Numbered from the stretch's first letter, positions 1 to 9,471 are shown. The stretch is DNA of 32,000 nucleotides from Agathobacter sp. (GCA_022769125.1 JALEKN010000019.1:49897-81896); one strand, 5' to 3'. The notes: generated by a model from the letters alone, not told the origin. Translations and numbers: made by a program.

Positions 1-196
1 TTGGGGAATAACTTCCGCCCTGTTCATACTCGTAGGTGCTTAAGTAATCTTCGTATTTGTTGTAGGACACATAGTGTACTACATAGTAGATAATATAAAA
101 CACCGCGATAACTGCTACGATTCCTAGCAGAACGAGCAGGATACGTTTCATCATGCTCATGGGCATTTTAACTTTTGGTTCTTTTTCTTTTTTCAT
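1..196 (-). CDS. N-terminal fragment of a membrane-anchored protein; the gene continues past the window start and its family cannot be determined from about 65 aa
   Basis: ATG at 196 on the minus strand is preceded by GGAGG, which overlaps the TAG of the upstream gene. Translation is MKKEKEPKVKMPMSMMKRILLVLLGIVAVIAVFYIIYYVVHYVSYNKYEDYL..., a basic N-terminus plus one TM helix. The frame is open to the window edge. It is absent from the ORF track because it is truncated. Confidence 0.5.
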   Translation of the reverse strand, partial: MKKEKEPKVKMPMSMMKRILLVLLGIVAVIAVFYIIYYVVHYVSYNKYEDYLSTYEYEQGGSYSP

Positions 197-206
197 GCCC
201 TGCCTC

Positions 207-848
207 CTAGGTTCTAAAGATCAGCTCAGTATAGATACTGTGGAAGAAGTTATATACCATACCAAGCAAGTTGCTTAAAAGTAAAACTAAAAATACAATT
301 ATGAACATTGCCACAAACGTTAGCAGCAAAGTCAGTAACGTTTTTCCTAATGTATAGTTGTGTACCTGCATGATACCGATCAGCATCATGATCACGCCAT
401 ATGCAATGCCTACAACAAGGATTAACGTGTAAAATGCCTGTTCATCATCCGCGATATACTGGCTTATGATGGTTGCAAGCACTAGCGAAAAGGTGATTGG
501 AACAGTTCCGTATCCTATCGCTATTGCAATGTCCTTCAATCGTCCCTCGCCGCTCATCAAACAGGTGATCGACCAGTTGCTGACACAGATCAGCAGGTAG
601 AATACCAGCACACCCAAAAGCTCATATGCCAGGTTGATGTTTCGTGGATCTAAGTCATTTACTACAAAACTTGCCAGAAGGCGGATTCCCGTAAAGCTGA
701 ATCCGAACAGCACGACCAGAATGATTGCGATTGGTACGCTGCCTCTGTCCTTGTGGCGGATCCAATAGTATCCGTCCATCGGATGGGAAATGGTATACAG
801 AAGATACTTCCATTTTTCTGCTGCAAAGTATTTACGCATTCTGTTCAT
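207..848 (-). CDS. Yip1-domain-like polytopic membrane protein
   Basis: 213-aa ORF with about 5 hydrophobic helices. The N-terminal YTISHPMDGYYWIRHK..SVPIAIILVVLFGF resembles bacterial Yip1-family proteins. The start overlaps the upstream NHL gene by 17 nt (832-848). The TAG stop sits inside the SD of the next gene. Confidence 0.6.
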   Translation of the reverse strand: MNRMRKYFAAEKWKYLLYTISHPMDGYYWIRHKDRGSVPIAIILVVLFGFSFTGIRLLASFVVNDLDPRNINLAYELLGVLVFYLLICVSNWSITCLMSGEGRLKDIAIAIGYGTVPITFSLVLATIISQYIADDEQAFYTLILVVGIAYGVIMMLIGIMQVHNYTLGKTLLTLLLTFVAMFIIVFLVLLLSNLLGMVYNFFHSIYTELIFRT

Positions 849-2343
849 CCCCCTTCTTTTTCTTCTTTGTCACGATAATTCCGCGTTTTTTTAAGTTGTT
901 GTAGATAACGATCAGCACGATCACCACAATCAATGCCGTAAGGTAAACATTGGCATTTTCTGTAAGGAAATTGTTGCGGTGGCGCCGGTATGCCACAGAA
1001 TAATAATCCCTTGCCATACCAAGCTTTAAGTACTTCATCGCCTGCTCGTAATCGCCTGCGGTCAGATAGGCCTTACCAATACCGGTATTTGCAAGCTCGT
1101 TGTTCTCATCCAGATAAAGAACTCTCTGCCACAGATCAACCGCCTCAGCTTCGTCTCCATCGTAGCGGAGTCCAACTGCATCGTTGATCAGCCGTCCGTA
1201 TTCGGTCTCTTTAAAGTAAGTAACCTTTGCATCCGTTGCATCCAGAACAAGAAGATCGTTTCCGACATTCTCTACTGCAACCGGGAGCTTAAAGGTTCCA
1301 GCCTGTGTTCCGAGACCACCGAAGATGTAAAGCAGGTTTCCTTCATGATCATAGGTAAATACTCTGCCACGCTTACGATCTAAGCAGGAATAAATTCCCT
1401 TATCTCTGTACACGACATCCACGAACTGGGATGGTCCGGAGTAATCGGTCGTTCCATCAATCTGTAAGTCGCCTCCGAGGTTCTCATTGGCACCTTTCTT
1501 GATGACATCCTCGCCTCGCGGATTTAACCTGCGCACACCCTGCACGCCGTTCGGGTCAATGTTGGAAGCATATACAAATCCGTCCGGATCAATATCAATA
1601 CCGGTAAACTCTGTTGGGATGAACAATTGGGACTTTGCACGCTCCTCCTTGGATGCGAGCTTTCTCCAGAACTTCTCCCACAAGGTAATCTCTACATTGA
1701 TGGTTCCGAAGAAGCCTGTGAATTCACCATTTGTCTCGAATACCATGATTCCTTCAAACATGTTCTGTGCAACGCAGTAGATACGGTCTGCATAATCGAC
1801 AGATACTTTAAGAGGAACAAACACAAATCCATCATCAAGTGCTTCTGAAGTCGGATTAGATACGATCCTTGCAAGAGTTCCGTCCTCATTCAGTACGACA
1901 ATCCGCTTATTCTGCGAATCGGCGATGTAGAGCTGATTGCTTTCGGAAACTGCAACGCCGGTTGGCTGTTTGAAGGTATCCTCCGTGCCATCATTGTCAA
2001 ATGTTGTTATGATCCGCTTAACCTCTGACATCTTGCCATCCATGACAACGATACGGTTGTTACCGGTATCTGCCAGATAGATCAGTCCCTCATCTGAAAC
2101 ACACATATCCTGCGGTGTAACAAATGGCCCGATCGGTTCCCCGTTATAGGTAAGGTCTTTACCGGATACGGAAAAGTCCGGCTCATATGCAGCAGGTGTA
2201 TATACGATATACTCCCAATAATTGTAATTGTAGGTCGTATACGGAAGTTCGGAAGCCTTCACCGCTTCCGGTGCCATGCTCACTAATGTTACTGCCGTAA
2301 GCAGGAGAGCAAAAATACTTTTTACAATCTGTTTTGCTTTCAT
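832..2343 (-). CDS. Secreted NHL-repeat beta-propeller protein with a TPR-like segment and a C-terminal TM anchor
   Basis: Signal peptide (..MAPEAVKA/SE). NHL-type blades: GLIYLADTGNNRIVVMD, QLYIADSQNKRIVVLNEDG, RIYCVAQN, GFVYASN, LLVLDATDAKVTYF. TPR-like helices: GIGKAYLTAGDYEQAMKYLKLG. One TM helix (VYLTALIVVIVLIVIY) followed by a Lys-rich tail (KKKKKGDEQNA). Confidence 0.75.
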   Translation of the reverse strand: MKAKQIVKSIFALLLTAVTLVSMAPEAVKASELPYTTYNYNYWEYIVYTPAAYEPDFSVSGKDLTYNGEPIGPFVTPQDMCVSDEGLIYLADTGNNRIVVMDGKMSEVKRIITTFDNDGTEDTFKQPTGVAVSESNQLYIADSQNKRIVVLNEDGTLARIVSNPTSEALDDGFVFVPLKVSVDYADRIYCVAQNMFEGIMVFETNGEFTGFFGTINVEITLWEKFWRKLASKEERAKSQLFIPTEFTGIDIDPDGFVYASNIDPNGVQGVRRLNPRGEDVIKKGANENLGGDLQIDGTTDYSGPSQFVDVVYRDKGIYSCLDRKRGRVFTYDHEGNLLYIFGGLGTQAGTFKLPVAVENVGNDLLVLDATDAKVTYFKETEYGRLINDAVGLRYDGDEAEAVDLWQRVLYLDENNELANTGIGKAYLTAGDYEQAMKYLKLGMARDYYSVAYRRHRNNFLTENANVYLTALIVVIVLIVIYNNLKKRGIIVTKKKKKGDEQNA

Positions 2344-2355
2344 ATTTCCCCTCCC

Positions 2356-3246
2356 TTAATCCTTCATACCGGATGTTGTCATCGTCTCGAGGACGTTGCT
2401 CTGACAGATCAGGAAGAAAGTGATCGGCACTGCCGCGATAATAAAGGTTACTGCGGCTGCCGCGCCTGCACGGGCAACACCGCCTGCCGTAATCTGCTGC
2501 AATGAATACTGCAATGGCTTTAACTGCTCATCGCGCAGGAACAATGATCCTGTATTTCCCCACATCTGCTGGAACTGGAAAATTGCCAGTGTCAGCCATG
2601 CCGGTTTTACGTTCGGCATTACGATACTCCAGAAGATCTTCCACTCACTTGCACCGTCTAGTCTTGCAGATTCCATAAGTGAATCCGGAAGCTGTTCCAT
2701 GAACTGTTTCATCAGGTAAAGTCCCATACCAAATGACCATGCCGGAAGTATCAGTGACAGGTATGTGTTATTGATATGTAACCAGCTGATGATCAAATAC
2801 TGTGGAATCTGTGTTACGGTCCATGAGAACATCATGGAAAGAACTACCATGGAAAAGAGCTGCTTCTTAAATGGAAACTCGTTCTTTGCCAGCGGATATG
2901 CTGCCATGGATGCGATCACTACGTGACCGATCATTCCGCCACCCGTGATGATCAGGGTATTTAAAATGTATCGTGAGAACGGAACCCAGGAATCATTCAT
3001 CAGTACGAACAGGTCTGAGAAATTCTCCAATGTAGGGTTGCGCACAAAAATCTTCGGTGGGAACTGGTACAACTCATCCAACGGTTTGAGCGCATTGTTC
3101 ACGATCATTACCAATGGCAATACCATGAACACTCCGCAAATAATCATGATTCCAAACAGAAGAGTGTTGCCGGCCAATGAGCGGTTCAGCTGTTTCTCTC
3201 TGTGGAACAAACGCTTTTTCGGTTTTGTAATCTCTCTCTTGGCCAA
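2356..3246 (-). CDS. Carbohydrate ABC transporter permease (CUT1, MalG-like)
   Basis: 296 aa and polytopic, with EAA loop ESARLDGASEWKIFWSIVMPNVKPA. The start is TTG with GGAG 7 nt upstream, 2 nt after the stop of the preceding permease. Confidence 0.9.
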   Translation of the reverse strand: MAKREITKPKKRLFHREKQLNRSLAGNTLLFGIMIICGVFMVLPLVMIVNNALKPLDELYQFPPKIFVRNPTLENFSDLFVLMNDSWVPFSRYILNTLIITGGGMIGHVVIASMAAYPLAKNEFPFKKQLFSMVVLSMMFSWTVTQIPQYLIISWLHINNTYLSLILPAWSFGMGLYLMKQFMEQLPDSLMESARLDGASEWKIFWSIVMPNVKPAWLTLAIFQFQQMWGNTGSLFLRDEQLKPLQYSLQQITAGGVARAGAAAAVTFIIAAVPITFFLICQSNVLETMTTSGMKD

Positions 3247-3248
3247 AA

Positions 3249-4190
3249 CTATTCTCCAACCCTTCCTAATATTTTTTGTACTAACTTATTGGTTCCAACC
3301 ATCAGCAGGAACAGTATCGTTGCAATTGCTGATGCATATCCCATTTCAAATCTTGTTGAACCGTAGTCCAGAAGATGGGTTACAACCGTTGCACCCGCAT
3401 AGTTAACAGATGGGTTACCTGCAAGGTTGATTGAAATATCTGCTACTGCAAAGGACTGTGTGATCTGCATAACTGCACCGAACATCAACTGCGGCTTCAT
3501 TGCAGGAAGTGTGACATACCACAGTTCCTGCCAGCGGTTCTTGACACCGTCAAGAGCCGCCGCTTCGTACATGCTCTTATCTACCGTCTGGAGACCGGCG
3601 ATAAATGAGAGGAAACCGGTTCCAAGGGAGAGCCATAACTGTACAACAATGAGGACCGGAAGGACATATTTTTCAGTCTGCATCCAAAGGATCGGCTCAT
3701 TGATGATTCCAAGTTTTAATAAAATACCATTTAAGTATCCGTATCTGTCTCCGGTAAGGATCAGGTTCCAGACCAGATATGCGTTACCGCAGATGGACGG
3801 TGCGTAAAAGATCAAAGTAAGAAAAGCTCTGAGTACGCCCTTAAACTCATTGATGATCCATGCAAACAACAGACACAGCATGTAGCTGACCGGTCCGGTA
3901 ATTACTGCAAAGATCAATGTGTTTTTCAGTGCTATCGTGAAGATATTATCTTCTAAGAACAACTTCACGTAATTTCTCCATCCGACGAAGTTCGGAACCT
4001 CCAGCATGTTAAAGTCCGTGAAGCTAAGTACGATTGACATAAGTACCGGTAATACTGTGAAGAAGAAGAACAGGATGAAATATGGAGCCATCATTGCGTA
4101 TGAAGCACGGTTCTTCTTTATCTGGTAGCCAAGGGAGCCCTGCTTTTTCGCGATTTCAAGCGCTTCCTGTGATACGCCGTTTGTTGCCAT
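3249..4190 (-). CDS. Carbohydrate ABC transporter permease (CUT1, MalF-like)
   Basis: 313 aa and polytopic, with EAA loop YEAAALDGVKNRWQELWYVTLPAMKP. It follows the binding-protein gene by 15 nt. Confidence 0.9.
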   Translation of the reverse strand: MATNGVSQEALEIAKKQGSLGYQIKKNRASYAMMAPYFILFFFFTVLPVLMSIVLSFTDFNMLEVPNFVGWRNYVKLFLEDNIFTIALKNTLIFAVITGPVSYMLCLLFAWIINEFKGVLRAFLTLIFYAPSICGNAYLVWNLILTGDRYGYLNGILLKLGIINEPILWMQTEKYVLPVLIVVQLWLSLGTGFLSFIAGLQTVDKSMYEAAALDGVKNRWQELWYVTLPAMKPQLMFGAVMQITQSFAVADISINLAGNPSVNYAGATVVTHLLDYGSTRFEMGYASAIATILFLLMVGTNKLVQKILGRVGE

Positions 4191-4205
4191 TTTTCCACCC
4201 CTTCC

Positions 4206-7200
4206 TTATTCTGATGCAAGCGGAAGATTGAATTCCTCACGCTTGTAATCAATTTCTGCGTTGATGTAAAGAACGTTATCCATAAGTTCCTCTCTCGGAG
4301 TTGCCACATACGTTCTTCCTGTGCTGCTTGCGTCTGTTGTCACACTGTAGAATGCGTTGTTGACATTACGCCAGGTATAATATCCGCCAGGTACCTGTGG
4401 GATTCCCTGTACCTGATCGAACTGCTGCATCAATTCCTCGTAGTCCTTGATCGGCCATGAAAGATTTGCAAGAGCGTCAAGATTTGCGGTTGCAACTCGT
4501 GCGCTCGCTCCCATCAAGCTTTCCATTTCTCTTCCGTACAAGGTCTGTGTCTGTGTGCTGGTCCACCATTTTAAGAATTCCCAGCTCTCCTGTGGATGCT
4601 CGGTATTTGCCATGATGATATCTGCAAGTCCCGCGCTTCCTGTCGTGTGATTGATGGTTCCATCTTCATTCTCAACTCCCGGAACTACTGTGAAGTCCCA
4701 CAATCCCGCGATATCCGGTGCGGATACCTGAAGGTTATTGTAAGTCGTGTAGTCTGAGATGATGATCGGACATTCACCGGTACGGAATCTCTCTTCCACG
4801 CTGGTTGCCTTATCCAGCTTATAGTCGGTATAGAACTCACAGTATTCCTTGAATGTATTGACTGCGATATCCGAATCAAGCATGGATGCGTCACCGTTCT
4901 CGGTGTAATATTCTCCACCGTTCTGGAACAAAAGCATTGCAAAGATCTGCTCTGTCGGAAGCATTCCGAATTCCATCTGGTTCTTTGCCAGAACTGTCAT
5001 TGCGACTTTTACCTCATCCCATGTTGTCGGGACATCGAGTCCGATCTCCGCCAGAATATCCTTGCGGTAGAACATCATCGGGAAGGTCTGTGTATCCGGC
5101 AGTGCATATGTCGCTCCGTTGAACGTAAATGGAACAAGTGCGCTCTCGGAAAACCGTGTTGTCACATCATTAAAATCGTCAAACTGTGTCAGGTCGAGTA
5201 CCGCATTACGAAGTCCGTAGTTAACCGGTGTATCGTTACCTGTATTTAGTACCGCTCCGGCAATACCATTCGTGTTTGCAACCTGAATCGCTACATCCGG
5301 TCCCTCGCCCGCGAGTGTTGCCCGGAGCAGGGTATTCATATCAACCAGCTGTACGTTTACGTTAACTCCCGTTTCATTGGTGAAGTTCTCATCGATCAAT
5401 GCCTTGATGACATTGGCCTGATCTCGTCCGGTTCCGATCCACAGTGTAAGTGTTACGCTGTCATCGGTATCTTCAACCACGTTACCGATCTGGTTGTAAT
5501 CAATAATGAAAGAATAGAACAATCTCTTCATCTCGTAAGAGGCTCTTGAGAACCATCCGGCCGATGCAATCTCCGGTTCGCTGTCCGCGGAGTAAATCAT
5601 CAGGCGGTCAATCTGCAGAGGCTGTGGAAGCACCTGTGTAATCCAGTTACCACATGCTCTTACGTTTACTTTATAAGAAGAAATAACCTCCGTGAACCGT
5701 TCCTCATCTTCGATCAGCTCTTCGAGCTGGTCACTCATTGTCACCAGGACTGTCAGCTTATCGCTGTTGTTTCCAGCAGTCTCACGAAGTGCTGCAAGCG
5801 TGGAATCAATTCCGGCCTTTGCCTCTTCAAGTTCTCCGAGGAGGCTTGGCAGGCTGGCTTCAATCTGATAGTCACGATAAATATCAGGTGAAACACCCGT
5901 AATATAAATTACCTGACGGTAAATGGAGTTTAACAGCTGTACCGTTTCCTGTACCTGGCTGATGATTCCTGCCATGTCACCGAGTACAACTTCCATTTTG
6001 ATGGTGTGATGTCCGGCTTCAAGATAGAAGTTATATGCATTGCCATCATCATCCGCGATCACTTCTTTGCGCCAATTCTGTTCATACGAAAAACCGTAAT
6101 CGTTCATCTCTGAGAATGGCACTTCATCATCGATGTAGATCTTACGGCATACATCAATTCCTCGTACAAAATTCTGCTTGCAATATGCTGCGATATTGTA
6201 ATATCCGGATTCTGCCACATCGAAGTCCCATTCGATCCACTGTCCCGCATCCTGCCATGAGGTTCCGCCGATCGTGTTATTCAGCAGGAGCTTCGGGCTG
6301 GACGGATATACCGCCGGTGATGACTGATCCTGTCTCGGATAAAGCATCTGGGAAGACATCTTTGTTGCGTTTTCTCCCTCGATTCTTACCATCTGTCCGC
6401 TTGTTGCTGTTGCCCCGGCTGCATCCCATGCAGCTTTGGTTGTTGCATAATCATCCACCTCTGATGGATTCTTGAATGTGATTTCATGGAGAAGCATCGG
6501 CTCCTTCAAAGACATTACGGACAAGGTATGTGTTCCTGCTTCTAAGTAAACCTCCAATGGGCTGGTAATGTATCCATTGGAATCATACAGATAGCTGTTT
6601 ACCCATTCCGGAGCTTCAATAGCTTCCGGTTTCACCTGAAAGCCCTGATTATCTGTCTCCCAGGCTTTTACCAAAACCCCGTTCTTATCCGTGTATGTAT
6701 CCTGTACATCCGTTACCCAGATACGATTCAATTCGATAAGGGAAAGTTCTTCATAAGGGAGCTGTCCGTCAATGAAAAAGGCCCGCTGGATTTCTGAGCT
6801 TTTGCCCTCTACCGGATAGTAATCCAGAGATACCGCATAGTATCCGGTTTTTTCAACATTGAACTCGAACTCCAGAAGGTCCTGTTCTCCGGTATAAATG
6901 CTATCCCCTGCAACACCCTCGTAATCTGTCCAGATTTCCGGATCTTTTGCCGTTCCGTCATCCTCACACCGGACGAGTGCATCCACACCTACCGTAATCT
7001 CGTCCTGTACGTATTCCGCATCATGCTGTGTCAGATACTCATTGTAGTTCGGAACGGAAGGATCAACAGAATAAGTACTGATAATATTCTCGAAATCCCC
7101 CATGCTAAGATCCGTCTGTGCGTATGAGTTTTCCGCCAGCTGCGGGCTCATGGTGAAGACCATTGCCAGTGCCAATGATACGGATACAATTCTTTTTGGC

Positions 7201-7217
7201 CATTTGCGATGTCTCAT
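4206..7217 (-). CDS. Giant (1003 aa) extracellular solute-binding protein: two N-terminal CBM-like beta-sandwich modules, a helical linker and a C-terminal SBP_bac_1 domain
   Basis: The N-terminal hydrophobic signal (SVSLALAMVFTMSPQLAENSYA) has no lipobox Cys. Two related modules are present: LLEFEFNVEKTGYYAVSLDYYPVEG..FFIDG..THTLSV and WIEWDFDVAESGYYNIAAYCKQ..IYIDD..HHTIKM. The second opens with VRIEGENA, typical of CBM6/35-like folds. The C-terminal roughly 440 aa (VTLTLWIGTGRDQANVIKALIDENF..) is a family-1 sugar SBP. Confidence 0.85.
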   Translation of the reverse strand: MRHRKWPKRIVSVSLALAMVFTMSPQLAENSYAQTDLSMGDFENIISTYSVDPSVPNYNEYLTQHDAEYVQDEITVGVDALVRCEDDGTAKDPEIWTDYEGVAGDSIYTGEQDLLEFEFNVEKTGYYAVSLDYYPVEGKSSEIQRAFFIDGQLPYEELSLIELNRIWVTDVQDTYTDKNGVLVKAWETDNQGFQVKPEAIEAPEWVNSYLYDSNGYITSPLEVYLEAGTHTLSVMSLKEPMLLHEITFKNPSEVDDYATTKAAWDAAGATATSGQMVRIEGENATKMSSQMLYPRQDQSSPAVYPSSPKLLLNNTIGGTSWQDAGQWIEWDFDVAESGYYNIAAYCKQNFVRGIDVCRKIYIDDEVPFSEMNDYGFSYEQNWRKEVIADDDGNAYNFYLEAGHHTIKMEVVLGDMAGIISQVQETVQLLNSIYRQVIYITGVSPDIYRDYQIEASLPSLLGELEEAKAGIDSTLAALRETAGNNSDKLTVLVTMSDQLEELIEDEERFTEVISSYKVNVRACGNWITQVLPQPLQIDRLMIYSADSEPEIASAGWFSRASYEMKRLFYSFIIDYNQIGNVVEDTDDSVTLTLWIGTGRDQANVIKALIDENFTNETGVNVNVQLVDMNTLLRATLAGEGPDVAIQVANTNGIAGAVLNTGNDTPVNYGLRNAVLDLTQFDDFNDVTTRFSESALVPFTFNGATYALPDTQTFPMMFYRKDILAEIGLDVPTTWDEVKVAMTVLAKNQMEFGMLPTEQIFAMLLFQNGGEYYTENGDASMLDSDIAVNTFKEYCEFYTDYKLDKATSVEERFRTGECPIIISDYTTYNNLQVSAPDIAGLWDFTVVPGVENEDGTINHTTGSAGLADIIMANTEHPQESWEFLKWWTSTQTQTLYGREMESLMGASARVATANLDALANLSWPIKDYEELMQQFDQVQGIPQVPGGYYTWRNVNNAFYSVTTDASSTGRTYVATPREELMDNVLYINAEIDYKREEFNLPLASE

Positions 7218-7253
7218 TTCTCCCTCTTTCCCGTGAACTTTTCACGTTAAATC

Positions 7254-7907
7254 TTATGATTGCTTTTGCTCCCGGTACCACGCATCCTTGTCATCCCCCG
7301 CAGGCGGCATATATGCCAGAAGCATTCTTTCTATAAAATAAGTTGATATGTAGCACCACAATCCCGGAAGGATTACAATGCAAAGCATCGGCAGCTTAAC
7401 AATCACCAGCCAGCCGACAAGTACGGTTCCCGCCACCAAAAGGGCAGAATAATAAATATACCTGACTGCCATAACAAAAGACAGTTTCAAAATACCGGTC
7501 ATTTTCATCTCAAATCTCGAGAAAACCGGAATCAGGCAGCTTGCCACGCAGGCGCTCACTGCAATCAGTACGTCGTATGCAAACAGCAGGAAATTAAATC
7601 CCTCTGTTTCATTTGCCACAGCGTACATTCTTCCGTACCATAATGCTGCTCCCCACAAAAGACCCGCAATAGAAAAAAGGATGCCTTTTTTCAGTGTCCT
7701 TTGCATGGACCGGAAGAATTCTTCTGCCACATATCCACAGTCTCTGCGGATACTTTTTGTGACTGTGTAGTAAAACGAAGTTGTTGCCGGAACAACAGTG
7801 ATAACCGGCACGCAGCACAACAGCCACAACAGGTTGGCAAATATCAGCTTTCCAAGCTTTGTCAGCGCAGTCATCAAATGTCCATCCGGACCCAAAAATG
7901 AACTCAC
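7254..7907 (-). CDS. DUF624/YesL-family integral membrane protein
   Basis: 217 aa. The N-terminus (LTKLGKLIFANLLWLLCCVPVITVVPATTSFYYTV) matches the YesL/DUF624 pattern common in Firmicute sugar ABC loci. The GTG start has GGAGG 7 nt upstream and overlaps the GH26 stop (GTGA). Confidence 0.6.
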   Translation of the reverse strand: MSSFLGPDGHLMTALTKLGKLIFANLLWLLCCVPVITVVPATTSFYYTVTKSIRRDCGYVAEEFFRSMQRTLKKGILFSIAGLLWGAALWYGRMYAVANETEGFNFLLFAYDVLIAVSACVASCLIPVFSRFEMKMTGILKLSFVMAVRYIYYSALLVAGTVLVGWLVIVKLPMLCIVILPGLWCYISTYFIERMLLAYMPPAGDDKDAWYREQKQS

Positions 7908-9427
7908 TGTAATTCCTCCCGTATCGGGTACGTTGTCAGATCAGGAATATCATCCTTCGTGATCACGATATCATTATTGTAAAACTCTTTCAGCTTATCC
8001 TCTTCGGTGTATTGGTCACTGTAGCTGTATATCGAAGTGTTCTTGGCAACAAATTCGGATCCCCATGTACACCAGAACCCCCACATTGCGCCATCCCGTT
8101 TTGCGAGTTCCGGATCAAATACACATCCATTCTCCGACAGCACAACCATTTTCTTTGCGGTTGTATAATTAACCGCTTCCAGATATTTGTTGATCTGCGA
8201 AGTATATACATGCTCGCCCGGATAGATATCTTCCCCGATGATATCCACATATTCATCTCCCGGATACCAATCCGCATCCTGTCCGTTCCACAACCAGATC
8301 AGATTGTTAAGACCATATTCATTGGTCAGCTTATCATATAGTAAAATGTAAAGTTGTTTGTATGCTTCCGGCCCGCTCGCTCCCCACCAGAACCAGCCGC
8401 CGCTTGCCTCGTGAAGCGGCCTCCAGAGTACCGGAACACCGGCATCCTGCAAAATCTGTAACTGTTTTGCTATTGCATCGATGTCATCCATCAGAAGATC
8501 GTACCCTTCCTGATCTTCCCCATTCATGATCTTTGCCAGATCAATGTTTGTCTGTTCTGCGCGGAATCCGCTGTACCATTCACCCGTCAGGTATTTTTCT
8601 GGTGCATTCCAATGCCAGCAGAATGTTACGATGCCGCCTGCATTCCAATATGCAATTGCAAGGTCCGTCGCATTACTGCTGCTGCCGTTCGCCACACGCG
8701 ATGGTGAATATTCGATAAAGTCAAGTCCGAGTATCGCAGGTGTCTTCCCGGTAGCATTCTTAACCACTGTATATTCTTTGCCGTACATGCCATCCGGCGA
8801 ATATTGTCCGGACAAAATGTTCGTTCCGTAATTATCTGCGAGATAGCTCATCAGACGCTTGGTGTTCTCTGTCGCATTCTTATTGACAAGTTCTGCCGGC
8901 ACATCATAGATGGATGCATCTAACGGCTCCGATGTCTGTACAACCAGATAGTCAAGATCGATCCAGCCCCAATACTTCGATACCTCAACTTCATGCGTTC
9001 CCTGTGTCAGATACACTCTTGTGAGGTAGGTGGTTGTAAACTCGGTGTCATCGGAAGTGATCGTTCCAACGGATTCTCCATCCACGCTGACGTAATTCTC
9101 TTTGTAATCACTTGCCGCCGTTGCAAGGCCCAGATCGTAAAATCCATCCTCGCTGATATTGATGGAAAAAGCACAGGCATCTGAGTCGTCCGAGAATCCC
9201 GTTGCATATCCGCTCCCCGAATACCCCTCTCTGCTGCTGCCTATGCTGACATTGCCTTTTAATTGTGCGTCCTCCGCTTCATATGTCCCTACAATCTCAG
9301 GAACAAAAGGGTCAGCGGATTGTGTCTGTGATGTTTCAGTTTCCTTTATCTCTGTCTCCTGCTGTCCGCAGCCGCTTAAAACTGCAGCGCCGGTCAGCAC
9401 CGCCATCACAATTTGTTTTCTCTTCAT
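7904..9427 (-). CDS. GH26 endo-beta-1,4-mannanase lipoprotein with an N-terminal CBM35/6-like module
   Basis: Lipobox AAVLSG/C. CBM-like YEAEDAQLKGNV..YSGSGYATGF..GFYDLGL. GH26 acid/base motif WRPLHEASGGWFWWG and nucleophile motif VVLSENG. Confidence 0.9.
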   Translation of the reverse strand: MKRKQIVMAVLTGAAVLSGCGQQETEIKETETSQTQSADPFVPEIVGTYEAEDAQLKGNVSIGSSREGYSGSGYATGFSDDSDACAFSINISEDGFYDLGLATAASDYKENYVSVDGESVGTITSDDTEFTTTYLTRVYLTQGTHEVEVSKYWGWIDLDYLVVQTSEPLDASIYDVPAELVNKNATENTKRLMSYLADNYGTNILSGQYSPDGMYGKEYTVVKNATGKTPAILGLDFIEYSPSRVANGSSSNATDLAIAYWNAGGIVTFCWHWNAPEKYLTGEWYSGFRAEQTNIDLAKIMNGEDQEGYDLLMDDIDAIAKQLQILQDAGVPVLWRPLHEASGGWFWWGASGPEAYKQLYILLYDKLTNEYGLNNLIWLWNGQDADWYPGDEYVDIIGEDIYPGEHVYTSQINKYLEAVNYTTAKKMVVLSENGCVFDPELAKRDGAMWGFWCTWGSEFVAKNTSIYSYSDQYTEEDKLKEFYNNDIVITKDDIPDLTTYPIREELQ

Positions 9428-9457
9428 GGCTTTTCCGCCTCTCCCAGAAGTTAGCTT

Positions 9458-9471
9458 TTAAGCTCGCTTAA
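9458..9471. promoter_or_regulatory. 14-bp near-palindrome TTAAGC-GA-GCTTAA in the 5' leader of the GH26/ABC operon; candidate LacI-family operator
   Basis: 6 of 7 arm positions are complementary with a CG-containing centre. It lies between the predicted -10 box (9519-9524) and the start codon (9427), and is flanked by repeated TTAGCTT words. Confidence 0.35.

Noticed and set aside
7218-7253. Small hairpin CGTGAA-AAG-TTCACG between yesL and the SBP gene, considered as an internal terminator or processing site.
   Set aside because: The stem is only 6 bp with no T-run. It may modulate mRNA stability, but the evidence is insufficient for a feature call.
9458-9471. A CcpA cre site in the GH26 operon leader.
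   Set aside because: TTAAGCGAGCTTAA does not fit the cre consensus WTGNAANCGNWNNCW at the TG/CA flanks. It is kept only as a generic LacI-family operator candidate.
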